The notes under the pieces: generated by a model
The model's database searches: none
What the model was told of the DNA's origin: nothing
What the model saw: the letters and a program-made list of their open reading frames with translations, nothing else
In this document: positions 8,993 to 15,952 of the stretch, piece by piece
How positions within the stretch are numbered: position 1 is the stretch's first letter
How the letters are laid out: every line of letters begins with the position of its first letter
Assembly: GCA_024407725.1 (NCBI GenBank)
Contig: JAKSVZ010000016.1
Coordinates: 1-16,842, forward strand
Direction: 5' to 3'
From: Opitutales bacterium
Lineage (GTDB): Bacteria > Verrucomicrobiota > Verrucomicrobiia > Opitutales > UBA9783
DNA length: 16,842 nt
Position numbers and translations under genes: made by a program

Positions 8993-9432
8993 GTTCTAAA
9001 GCTATGCAAGCAATTACAGTAGCGCGTTGTCGGTGGATTCCAACAGAAATACATCCTTCAAAAGGGGGCGAATTGTTTGCGGTTGAAAACTTAAAGAGTA
9101 TTCCTTTTGCCATCCAAAAGATGATTGTGATTAAGGCGGCAGAGGGATCGATTCGTGGTGAGCATGCCCATCGACGCTTAGAGCAGGTATGGTATTGTTT
9201 ATCGGGTTCTTGCAAATTTTTGTTGGATGATGGTAAAACGCAGGAAACGGTTGAGTTGAATACTCCTTGTCAAGGGCTGTATATGGGCTGTTATGTATGG
9301 CATCGGATGTTTGACTTTTCGGGGAATTGTATATTAATTGCTTTAGGTAGTGATCTTCATGATCCGAATGAGTACATTTTAGATCACTCAGACTTTTTAA
9401 GTGCGCTATCAGATGGAAATTCCTTACTGTAA
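8989..9432 (+). CDS. NDP-4-keto-6-deoxyhexose 3,4-ketoisomerase (FdtA/QdtA, WxcM-like cupin)
   Basis: IPFAIQKMIVI....IRGEHAHRRLEQVWYCLSGSCKFLLDDGKTQETVELNTPCQGLYMGCYVWHRMFDFSGNCILIALGSDLHDPNEYI lines up closely with the FdtA pattern I recall: RG.HAH..LEQV..CL.GSC...LDDG...L..P..GLY....VWH.M.DFS......SD.YD..DYI. The HAH catalytic histidines are included. Confidence 0.88.
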   Translation: MSSKAMQAITVARCRWIPTEIHPSKGGELFAVENLKSIPFAIQKMIVIKAAEGSIRGEHAHRRLEQVWYCLSGSCKFLLDDGKTQETVELNTPCQGLYMGCYVWHRMFDFSGNCILIALGSDLHDPNEYILDHSDFLSALSDGNSLL

Positions 9433-10510
9433 TTTTTATAAGCTGCACGAGCGTTATCGTGATGAGATTGATCTAGGAATTAAAAAGGTATTGGATCATG
9501 GGCAATTTGTCCTAGGTCAAGAAGTTGCGGATTTTGAGCAACAATTTGCTCAGTTTTGTGGTACCAAGTATGCGGTTGGGGTTGGCAATGGATTGGACGC
9601 ATTAATTTTGGGCTTAATGGCGTTACATTTTAATCTTGGAGATGAAATTATTGTTCCTGCGAATACGTACATTGCAACGATATTAGCGATTACTCATAAT
9701 CATTGCGTTCCGGTGTTGGTGGAGCCAGATGAACATACGTCTTTAATTGATCTAACGAAGATAGAGGAAAAAATTACACCGAAGACCAAAGCGATTTTGG
9801 TGGTTCATTTTTATGGCCGAGCAGTGGAAATGGCACCGATTGTTCGATTAGCTGAAAAATATCATCTTCATATCGTTGAAGATGGAGCGCAAGCGCATGG
9901 AGCGCGGTATCAAGGGAAGCGAGTGGGTCATTTAGGGACGATTGCTGGTTTTAGCTTCCATCCGACCAAAAACTTAGGTTGTTGCGGGGATGGAGGTATT
10001 GTTACGACTGATCGGGAAGATTTGGCCAACGAAATCCGTGCGTTACGTAATTATGGATCTATTGAAAAATATGTCCATATCTGCAAAGGCTTCCATTCTA
10101 AATTGGATACTCTACAAGCTGCTGTGTTATCTGTAAAATTACGGCGTTTGGATGCGGATAATGCTATTCGTCGGAAGATAGCCAAATTCTACTGTGAGCA
10201 CATACATCATCCGTTGATTACGCTACCTACTCATCCAAAGGACGAATTGGAGCATGTATGGCATATTTTTTCGATTTTTACGGAAAAACGAGCTGAATTG
10301 CAGGCTTATTTAAAGTCTAAGGGAATTCAAACGGTAATGCATTATCCAATTCCGCCGCATAAAGCTCCGGCTTATCCCGAATGGAATAAGTTATCGTTTC
10401 CGATTACCGAAAAGCTTGCGGCTGAAGAATTAAGTTTGCCATTACATCCTGTATTGACTCAAGACGAGGTAGAGTACATCGTAGAGAGTATCAATCAGTG
10501 GGAAGCCTAA
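9413..10510 (+). CDS. DegT/DnrJ/EryC1/StrS-family PLP-dependent sugar aminotransferase (FdtB/QdtB-like)
   Basis: GVGNGLDAL, DGAQAHGA and the PLP-lysine motif SFHPTKNLGCCGDGG. The track start at 9401 is GTG. The ATG at 9413 (MEIPYCNF...) gives the usual family N-terminus and overlaps the isomerase gene by 20 nt. Confidence 0.9.
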   Translation: MEIPYCNFYKLHERYRDEIDLGIKKVLDHGQFVLGQEVADFEQQFAQFCGTKYAVGVGNGLDALILGLMALHFNLGDEIIVPANTYIATILAITHNHCVPVLVEPDEHTSLIDLTKIEEKITPKTKAILVVHFYGRAVEMAPIVRLAEKYHLHIVEDGAQAHGARYQGKRVGHLGTIAGFSFHPTKNLGCCGDGGIVTTDREDLANEIRALRNYGSIEKYVHICKGFHSKLDTLQAAVLSVKLRRLDADNAIRRKIAKFYCEHIHHPLITLPTHPKDELEHVWHIFSIFTEKRAELQAYLKSKGIQTVMHYPIPPHKAPAYPEWNKLSFPITEKLAAEELSLPLHPVLTQDEVEYIVESINQWEA

Positions 10511-10533
10511 ACTTTTTTTAGGTCTATTTATAG

Positions 10534-10610
10534 GGACGGTTAGCTCAGCTGGTTAGAGCGTCTGGGTCACATCCAGAAGGCCGTAGGTTCGAGTCCTACA
10601 CCGTCTACCA
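10534..10610 (+). tRNA. tRNA-Val (anticodon CAC), CCA encoded
   Basis: Hand-folded cloverleaf. Acceptor GGACGGT/ACCGTCT (G1:U72 wobble). D arm GCTC-AGCTGGTTA-GAGC. Anticodon arm TCTGG-GTCACAT-CCAGA (U33, CAC, A37). Variable loop AGGCC. T arm GTAGG-TTCGAGT-CCTAC. Discriminator A, then CCA. 77 nt. Confidence 0.88.
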
Positions 10611-10620
10611 AGATCAGTGT

Positions 10621-10974
10621 TTACTCAAAAGTCTTTTGGTCGATTTCGTCGTGCAGCATGGTGGGATCGGCTTTTGTACCGATGTGGCTTTCGACTGAAC
10701 TTGCCTTCAAGTTTCGATCGTTGACCGGCGTATCTAAAACGGCTTGTTTGGGCGGAAAATTATGCTCTAATACCTTTTCTGACAGGGATATTCCGCTATC
10801 TTCAAAGATGTCACTGTGGACTTGTGCTGTTTTTGAAAGATTATCGGACGGGTTTGATAATGGATCGCGTTGCGATTGGGTATCTTTTTTGACCGTATCA
10901 GTATTTGGATTTAATTGATGCGAGTCTTCCGTGTTAAAAATAGGCTTTTGTGTTTGAGTAATTGGATCAACCAT
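10621..10974 (-). CDS. Hypothetical acidic protein, predicted intrinsically disordered
   Basis: 117-aa ORF with ATG at 10972-10974, co-directional with and 68 nt downstream of murA. It is polar and acidic (by my count 20 D/E versus 11 K/R), rich in S/T/P/N/Q, with no hydrophobic core and no motif I recognise. An 86-aa antisense ORF (10658..10918) competes with it. Coding status is uncertain. Confidence 0.45.
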   Translation of the reverse strand: MVDPITQTQKPIFNTEDSHQLNPNTDTVKKDTQSQRDPLSNPSDNLSKTAQVHSDIFEDSGISLSEKVLEHNFPPKQAVLDTPVNDRNLKASSVESHIGTKADPTMLHDEIDQKTFE

Positions 10975-11042
10975 ATACTTACAAAATCGACCATTTGCTT
11001 AAAAAGTTAAGCGATGGGTATTCAATAACTGTGATAACGGGG

Positions 11043-12317
11043 TTATTCCTCGTCCATGCGCTGGATGTGAGCGCCTAACGCCTGAAGTTTTTGGTCAAAA
11101 CGTTCATAACCGCGGTCGACGTGATAAACTCGGTGAATGGAGGTCGTTCCGGATGCAATTAATCCTGCTAAGTACAATGCAGCGCTGGCTCGTAGGTCTG
11201 AAGCCATAACCTCTGCTCCAGATAATGGAGTTCCGCCTTTTAAAATGGCGGTGCTTCCTTCTAGCCAAGTTTGACCGCCCAAACGTTGTAATTCAGGCAA
11301 ATGCATAAAGCGCTGAGGATAGATGCGTTCGGTAATGAGGCTGATGCCAGGTATGCAAAGTCCCAACACGCATAATTGTGCCTGTAAATCGGTTGGATAT
11401 CCGGGATAAGGCAGGGTGGTAGTTTCAAAGGGGGTTAGGCGATCGATGCAAGGTTTTACATCCACCGATCCTTCAGCTTCATGAATCGAAATATCGGCGT
11501 GAATGTTATCCAACAAGTGCCATAAAGCGTTGAGGTGTTGGGTCTGAAATCCTTGGATATGCAGTGTTCCTTGGGTAATTAACCCAGCGAGTACAAAGGT
11601 TCCGGCTTCGATACGATCCCCAATGACGGTATAATCAAAGCCCTTTAGGTGATCGGTTCCACGAATCGTTAACGTTGGGCTACCGACACCTTCAATAGAC
11701 GCGCCCATTTGTTGTAATAAGGTGCATAGATCGACAATTTCAGGCTCGCAAGCGGCGCAATCGATGACCGTAACACCGGTGGTTAGTACAGCAGCCATTA
11801 AAACGTTTGCGGTTCCAGTTACTGTGCTTCCGAATCGTCCACCTAAATAGATGGAACTGCCTTTTAAATGCTTGGCTTTGACGTGTAAGTTACCGCTTTG
11901 ATTTTCAATGGAACACCCTAAGGATTTGAACCCATTGAGGTGTAAATCAATTGGGCGATTGCCGATAACGCACCCTCCGGGTAGGGGCATAATCACTTGA
12001 TGGAGGCGTCCAATCAGGGGGCCCATGATGCATACGGACGCACGCATTTGGCGCACTAAATCATAAGCGGCTTCGTGGGTGATGTTTTTAGCCTGTAATT
12101 GCCATGTGTGAGGCTCTGGATTTTGAACGGATACCCCTAACGATTGAAGCAATTGAATGAAAAATGCAACATCCCGTAGTTGAGGAACATTGCGCAATGT
12201 GCAAACCTCATCGGTGAGTAAAGCAGCAGCCATCATCGCCATACAGGCATTTTTGGCACCACTAATCTCGACGGTTCCGTTTAACGATACACCGCCTTGT
12301 AGGCATACCTTATCCAT
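11043..12317 (-). CDS. murA: UDP-N-acetylglucosamine 1-carboxyvinyltransferase
   Basis: 424 aa. N-terminal GTVEISGAKNA. Active-site loop LPGGCVIGNRPIDLH with the catalytic Cys retained (Cys116, nt 11970-11972). C-terminal VYHVDRGYERFDQKLQALGA. Confidence 0.96.
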   Translation of the reverse strand: MDKVCLQGGVSLNGTVEISGAKNACMAMMAAALLTDEVCTLRNVPQLRDVAFFIQLLQSLGVSVQNPEPHTWQLQAKNITHEAAYDLVRQMRASVCIMGPLIGRLHQVIMPLPGGCVIGNRPIDLHLNGFKSLGCSIENQSGNLHVKAKHLKGSSIYLGGRFGSTVTGTANVLMAAVLTTGVTVIDCAACEPEIVDLCTLLQQMGASIEGVGSPTLTIRGTDHLKGFDYTVIGDRIEAGTFVLAGLITQGTLHIQGFQTQHLNALWHLLDNIHADISIHEAEGSVDVKPCIDRLTPFETTTLPYPGYPTDLQAQLCVLGLCIPGISLITERIYPQRFMHLPELQRLGGQTWLEGSTAILKGGTPLSGAEVMASDLRASAALYLAGLIASGTTSIHRVYHVDRGYERFDQKLQALGAHIQRMDEE

Positions 12318-12333
12318 AGAAGGCTATCGGCAG

Positions 12334-12828
12334 TTATGATTGCTGATTTTGGTTATTAGGGGTCTGGTTGTTAGAAGAACCGTTGGGTCGACGATGGAAT
12401 TTATTATGGTGATGGTGTCTTTGTCCATGGTGCCCATGCGGTTGTTTACAGCAGCAACCCTCTTCTGATTTAGAAGGAATGGCTAATAAACGGCAGGTAA
12501 AGCTTTTAAGCTTTCTCCATAGGGATTTACAAGGGCAAACCTTTTGCGATGGCATAGCATGCTCATGGTTGGAGGATGAACAACAACCGTTACGGTTGCA
12601 GGATCCATGACGATGTTGACCCTTATGATCCCGATTGTGTTGACAGTGATCATTCTGACGAACCAATTTTCCTTGGTAATTTAACGATTCTGCAGTTGCA
12701 ATTTTAACGGTTTTGATTTCCTTGGGCTGTGCTCCATTATCTTCGTGAATGGTAGCTGTAGGAGCTACTTTGCGCTTCAATCGTGAATGCAAATGAGAGG
12801 GTGAATTAGTATTCTGTTGATTTTCCAT
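12334..12828 (-). CDS. Hypothetical His/Cys-rich protein with N/Q-rich termini (possible metal-binding protein)
   Basis: 164-aa ATG-initiated ORF with no competing ORF on the other strand. It lies 41 nt after the NamZ-like stop and 16 nt before the murA start, on the same strand. By my count it has 18 His and 10 Cys, in clusters: HCQHNRDHKGQHRHGSC, GCC, CPC, GCCC, HGHHGQRHHHH. No signal peptide or TM segment. Confidence 0.6.
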   Translation of the reverse strand: MENQQNTNSPSHLHSRLKRKVAPTATIHEDNGAQPKEIKTVKIATAESLNYQGKLVRQNDHCQHNRDHKGQHRHGSCNRNGCCSSSNHEHAMPSQKVCPCKSLWRKLKSFTCRLLAIPSKSEEGCCCKQPHGHHGQRHHHHNKFHRRPNGSSNNQTPNNQNQQS

Positions 12829-12869
12829 TGATGGTTATTGTTGAGTTAGTTTTTTAATTTAATTGGTAT

Positions 12870-14261
12870 TTAGTATAGCAACCAAGCTTTTCTTTGTTGC
12901 TTAAATTTCGCTATAGCTTTTTCCCATGAGTTTATTTGAACTTGAATGTGTTCATCGGTAAGCGGAAGTCCTGATTCAACCAGTTTAATGATATCCGGAT
13001 CTCCTATATGGATTTTCCAAAATGCTTGATCATAACGTGCGCTTGGTCTTTTAGTGACCCAGTAAACATTATAATGGGCTAAGGGTGTACTTGTCCAGAA
13101 TTTTAACGATAAATAACTGACGAATGGAATGGGGTAAATTGCCTTGAGCTGTTGGTCTGCTTGATAGAGCTTTAGGACGAATAAACTCGGATTGAATCGC
13201 TCCCAATCGGTAATTTTTAAGTGAATGCCCTTAGTGGTATGGTTACGAACCACGTCGCAGGTTATGCCCGGAATCTGTGCTGCATTTAAGGTTTCGCACA
13301 GAGTGTAGGGATTATGGCAAGCGTGAGGCGAATAAAGAAAGGCAAAGGGTTGAGGAATGCCGTCTTTATGTTCGCGTTGAACACTTGAAATCGTGCGTAA
13401 GTATTTGCCTATTTGCAGAATAGGAAAGCAGGAATAGGCTAAAGCGCTTTCAAAGGTTGGGATGTTGGGAGAGGGTGGAGTCCATTGCATGGCTTTGTTC
13501 CAAGCTTGCTGATCCCATAGGGCGTCCGGCTGATAGTGTTCCATCTTTACAATATGAACAGCCGCAGTCGCTAATTGCTGTTGGGTTAAGGGCTGTAACC
13601 ATGGATGGGGTTGATAAGCATGAATCAGCATGGTAGCTAATTCTCCCATGGTCATGCCATGGATAAAAGGAATGCAATACCCACCGACATAGGATTGCAG
13701 ATTTTGCTCCATAAGGGGGCCGGATACCTTACGTCCTAAGGGGTTTGGACGATCTAAAATGACGACTTCTTTCCCGTAGCGGATACATTGTTCTAATGCG
13801 AAGCGCATGCAGGTAATGTAGGTATAACACCGTGCACCTATATCCACTAAATCGATGACTAAAACATCAATGTTCGCCAATTGTTCTTTGGTGGGGCTCA
13901 AAAGCGGAGGTTCCTCTTGGTTATTATAAAGTGAGAACACCGGAATCCCATTCCACTGTTGCTGTTCGCCAATGTGTTCTCCAGCAGCATATTGACCCAA
14001 TAATCCATGTTCTGGGGTCAAAAAGCACACAATTTGGTCTTTGATTGGCGAGCGATAAAGGACTTCGTATACCGGAATGTTGTGCGAATTTCTAGCAGCA
14101 TTATGGGTCAAAATGCCAATTTTTTTGCCTTTTAGCAGCGAAAAATCAGATTGTTCGAGTACATCAATCCCCAATTGTAAGGTTGGGTGGGCATTGAGGA
14201 CGGGTAGACCTATGAAAGCGGCTCCCAAGATAAACGCTAGATAAACTAACGGTTTTTTCAT
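12870..14261 (-). CDS. DUF1343-family protein, exo-beta-N-acetylmuramidase NamZ-like, secreted
   Basis: Signal peptide MKKPLVYLAFILGAAFIGLPVLNA. Family pattern: LGIDVL...GKKIGILTHNAA...LTPEHGLLG...IPVFSLY...DVLVIDLVDIGARCYTYI...VVILDRPNPLG...IPFIHGMTMGELA. Its ATG overlaps the prfA TGA (ATGA, 14258-14261). Confidence 0.85.
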   Translation of the reverse strand: MKKPLVYLAFILGAAFIGLPVLNAHPTLQLGIDVLEQSDFSLLKGKKIGILTHNAARNSHNIPVYEVLYRSPIKDQIVCFLTPEHGLLGQYAAGEHIGEQQQWNGIPVFSLYNNQEEPPLLSPTKEQLANIDVLVIDLVDIGARCYTYITCMRFALEQCIRYGKEVVILDRPNPLGRKVSGPLMEQNLQSYVGGYCIPFIHGMTMGELATMLIHAYQPHPWLQPLTQQQLATAAVHIVKMEHYQPDALWDQQAWNKAMQWTPPSPNIPTFESALAYSCFPILQIGKYLRTISSVQREHKDGIPQPFAFLYSPHACHNPYTLCETLNAAQIPGITCDVVRNHTTKGIHLKITDWERFNPSLFVLKLYQADQQLKAIYPIPFVSYLSLKFWTSTPLAHYNVYWVTKRPSARYDQAFWKIHIGDPDIIKLVESGLPLTDEHIQVQINSWEKAIAKFKQQRKAWLLY

Positions 14262-15346
14262 GGCGTTTGATGCAAGAAAGTAGCAATGCGCTGCTTGTTG
14301 TCTTCGTTTTGCGCTGCTTCGATAAAAGGTAACAGATTGCCCTCTAATACTTTGTCTAAGTTGTAGGTGGTCATGTTAAGCCGATGATCGGTTACGCGAT
14401 TTTGAGGGAAATTATATGTACGGATACGATCCGAACGATCTCCAGAACCAACCTGATCTTTGCGCTCTTTGGCATAGGCTTGTGCTTCCTCAGCTTGTTT
14501 GCGGCTTAATAACCGTGAACGTAGGACGCGCATAGCTTGCTCGCGGTTTTTTTGCTGGGAACGTTCGTTGGCGCAGGTAACAATCATGCCGGTTGGTTTA
14601 TGGATAATTTGAACGGCAGATTCTGTTTTATTGACGTGCTGTCCCCCGGCTCCACTGGCGCGGCAAACGGTAATATCTAAATCTTCTGGCCGAATCGCAA
14701 TTTCTACTTCTTGCGCTTCTGGAAGTACTGCAACGGTTGCTGATGAGGTATGAATGCGTCCATTTGCTTCCGTTACGGGTATGCGTTGGACTCGGTGCCC
14801 ACCGCCTTCATACTTTAGCATTTTATAAACTTGCTCCCCTTGTATCAGGACAATAATTTCTTTAAATCCGCCACTATCCGACTCATTGCAGGATTGTACT
14901 TCGATGTGCCAGTGCTGTTGCTCGGCTAATCGTGTGTACATGCGGTACAAGTCTCCAGCAAATAAGGCTGCTTCCTCGCCTCCTGTTCCGGCACGAATTT
15001 CCAAGATAGTATTGCGCGAATCATTGGGATCGGGAGGAATCATGGCTAGCAATAACGCCTGTTGTTCCGATTCCAAGCGTTGATTGAGGTCGGTTTTTTC
15101 CTGCAGCATGAGCTCACGCATGGCTTCATCTTCTTCTGAAGCCAATAACCCCTCTAAATCGTTTAATTGCTGTTGTAGTTGGGTGATTGTCTGATGATGC
15201 TGAATTGTATTGCTAAGTAATTGATGTTCGCGCGACAAACTCGATAGCAAGGCTTTATCTTTAAACGTTTCTGGTTGCTCCAATTGAGCATCAACGTCAG
15301 CCAAACGTTGGCGCATGGGGGCAATATCAGGTAAATTGAACGGCAT
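14258..15346 (-). CDS. prfA: Peptide chain release factor 1
   Basis: 362 aa. RF1-specific PVT tripeptide in HRVQRIPVTEANGRIHTS. GGQ motif in SGAGGQHVNKTESAV. SGDRSDRIRTYNFPQNRVTDHR. Confidence 0.96.
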   Translation of the reverse strand: MPFNLPDIAPMRQRLADVDAQLEQPETFKDKALLSSLSREHQLLSNTIQHHQTITQLQQQLNDLEGLLASEEDEAMRELMLQEKTDLNQRLESEQQALLLAMIPPDPNDSRNTILEIRAGTGGEEAALFAGDLYRMYTRLAEQQHWHIEVQSCNESDSGGFKEIIVLIQGEQVYKMLKYEGGGHRVQRIPVTEANGRIHTSSATVAVLPEAQEVEIAIRPEDLDITVCRASGAGGQHVNKTESAVQIIHKPTGMIVTCANERSQQKNREQAMRVLRSRLLSRKQAEEAQAYAKERKDQVGSGDRSDRIRTYNFPQNRVTDHRLNMTTYNLDKVLEGNLLPFIEAAQNEDNKQRIATFLHQTP

Positions 15347-15396
15347 GGAAATAATGAATGTCTGTTGTGATTTTGCCTTAAGTAAACCCTATTACA

Positions 15397-15472
15397 TGGT
15401 GGAGTCGATCGGGATCGAACCGACGACCTTGTCATTGCGAACGACACGCTCTACCAACTGAGCTACGACCCC
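15397..15472 (-). tRNA. tRNA-Ala (anticodon CGC), CCA encoded
   Basis: The reverse complement folds as follows. Acceptor GGGGTCG/CGACTCC with the G3:U70 alanine identity pair. D arm GCTC-AGTTGGTA-GAGC. Anticodon arm TGTCG-TTCGCAA-TGACA (U33, CGC, A37). Variable loop AGGTC. T arm GTCGG-TTCGATC-CCGAT. Discriminator A, then CCA. 76 nt. Confidence 0.9.
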
Positions 15473-15542
15473 TTCCTGTTAGAATAGAAATGGTTTTTGT
15501 TGCAAATGCAAATCTAAAGCAAGGATTTTAAGTTGTTTACGC

Positions 15543-15568
15543 AAAACCAACCCTTGGAATTTAGGGTT
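15543..15568 (-). terminator. Weak candidate intrinsic terminator after secG
   Basis: On the minus strand there is a 6-bp stem AACCCT / AGGGTT with an 8-nt loop, overlapping the secG stop codon and followed by GGTTTTG. The stem is short and half A/T, and the U-tract has only 4 residues. Confidence 0.3.
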
Positions 15569-15908
15569 ATTTCGCTACGTTTTTATTGTTATCAACAGGG
15601 GTTTTAGCTTTTGATACCTGTTGGCTAATGGTGGTCAATTCGTCCTTTTTCGATTGATGATGATAGCGATAAATTTGTGCGATCGATAAAGCAAGGGTTA
15701 AAAGAAAATAGCTACTGATCCCATAGACTGTCCACCGCGTTAACACCTTCGGAGCTTCTCCACCAAATGCACTTTCAGCAGCTCCACCTCCTAATGCCGC
15801 TCCCATTCCTGAATTGGCGCTCGGTTTTTGCATCAAAATCAGCAAAATTAACCACCCGCATAGGGCAACGAGTGCAATGGAGCTTAAAATCACCAAAAAA
15901 CTAAGCAT
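15567..15908 (-). CDS. secG: Preprotein translocase subunit SecG
   Basis: 113 aa. TM1 is FLVILSSIALVALCGWLILLIL, followed by MQKPSANSGMGAALGGGAAESAFGG (Gly-rich SecG loop), then a second TM YGISSYFLLTLALSIA and a polar tail. Confidence 0.8.
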   Translation of the reverse strand: MLSFLVILSSIALVALCGWLILLILMQKPSANSGMGAALGGGAAESAFGGEAPKVLTRWTVYGISSYFLLTLALSIAQIYRYHHQSKKDELTTISQQVSKAKTPVDNNKNVAK

Positions 15909-15952
15909 ATAAACTTATGTAGAACGATTTTCCTTTTTTGCAACGAAAAAGA

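Noticed and set aside
8955-9448. Track ORFs 8955..9215(-) and 9131..9448(-)
   Set aside because: They are antisense to the confidently recognised FdtA-like gene and the ABC gene 3' end.
10658-10918. 86-aa plus-strand ORF downstream of tRNA-Val
   Set aside because: It is shorter than and nested within the 117-aa minus-strand ORF, which fits the direction of the murA block. Neither has motif support, so I annotated only the longer one, at low confidence.
10534-11042. Possible genomic island integrated at the 3' end of tRNA-Val, with the orphan ORF right next to the tRNA
   Set aside because: There is no integrase and no direct repeat of the tRNA 3' end in the 10975-11042 spacer or beyond. Only about 430 nt separate the tRNA from murA.
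14258-15346. Programmed +1 frameshift of the release-factor type
   Set aside because: The gene is RF1 (PVT motif, single uninterrupted frame). The autoregulatory frameshift is a property of prfB (RF2).
13450-15447. Track ORFs 13450..13677(-), 14886..15083(+) and 15163..15447(-)
   Set aside because: They are nested in the DUF1343 gene or prfA in wrong frames. The last one also runs through the tRNA-Ala gene.
15933-15951. Inverted repeat CTTTTT-N7-AAAAAG between the sulfatase-family stop and the secG start
   Set aside because: The stem is almost entirely A/T, it is not followed by a U-tract on the transcribed strand, and it is too weak to call a terminator.
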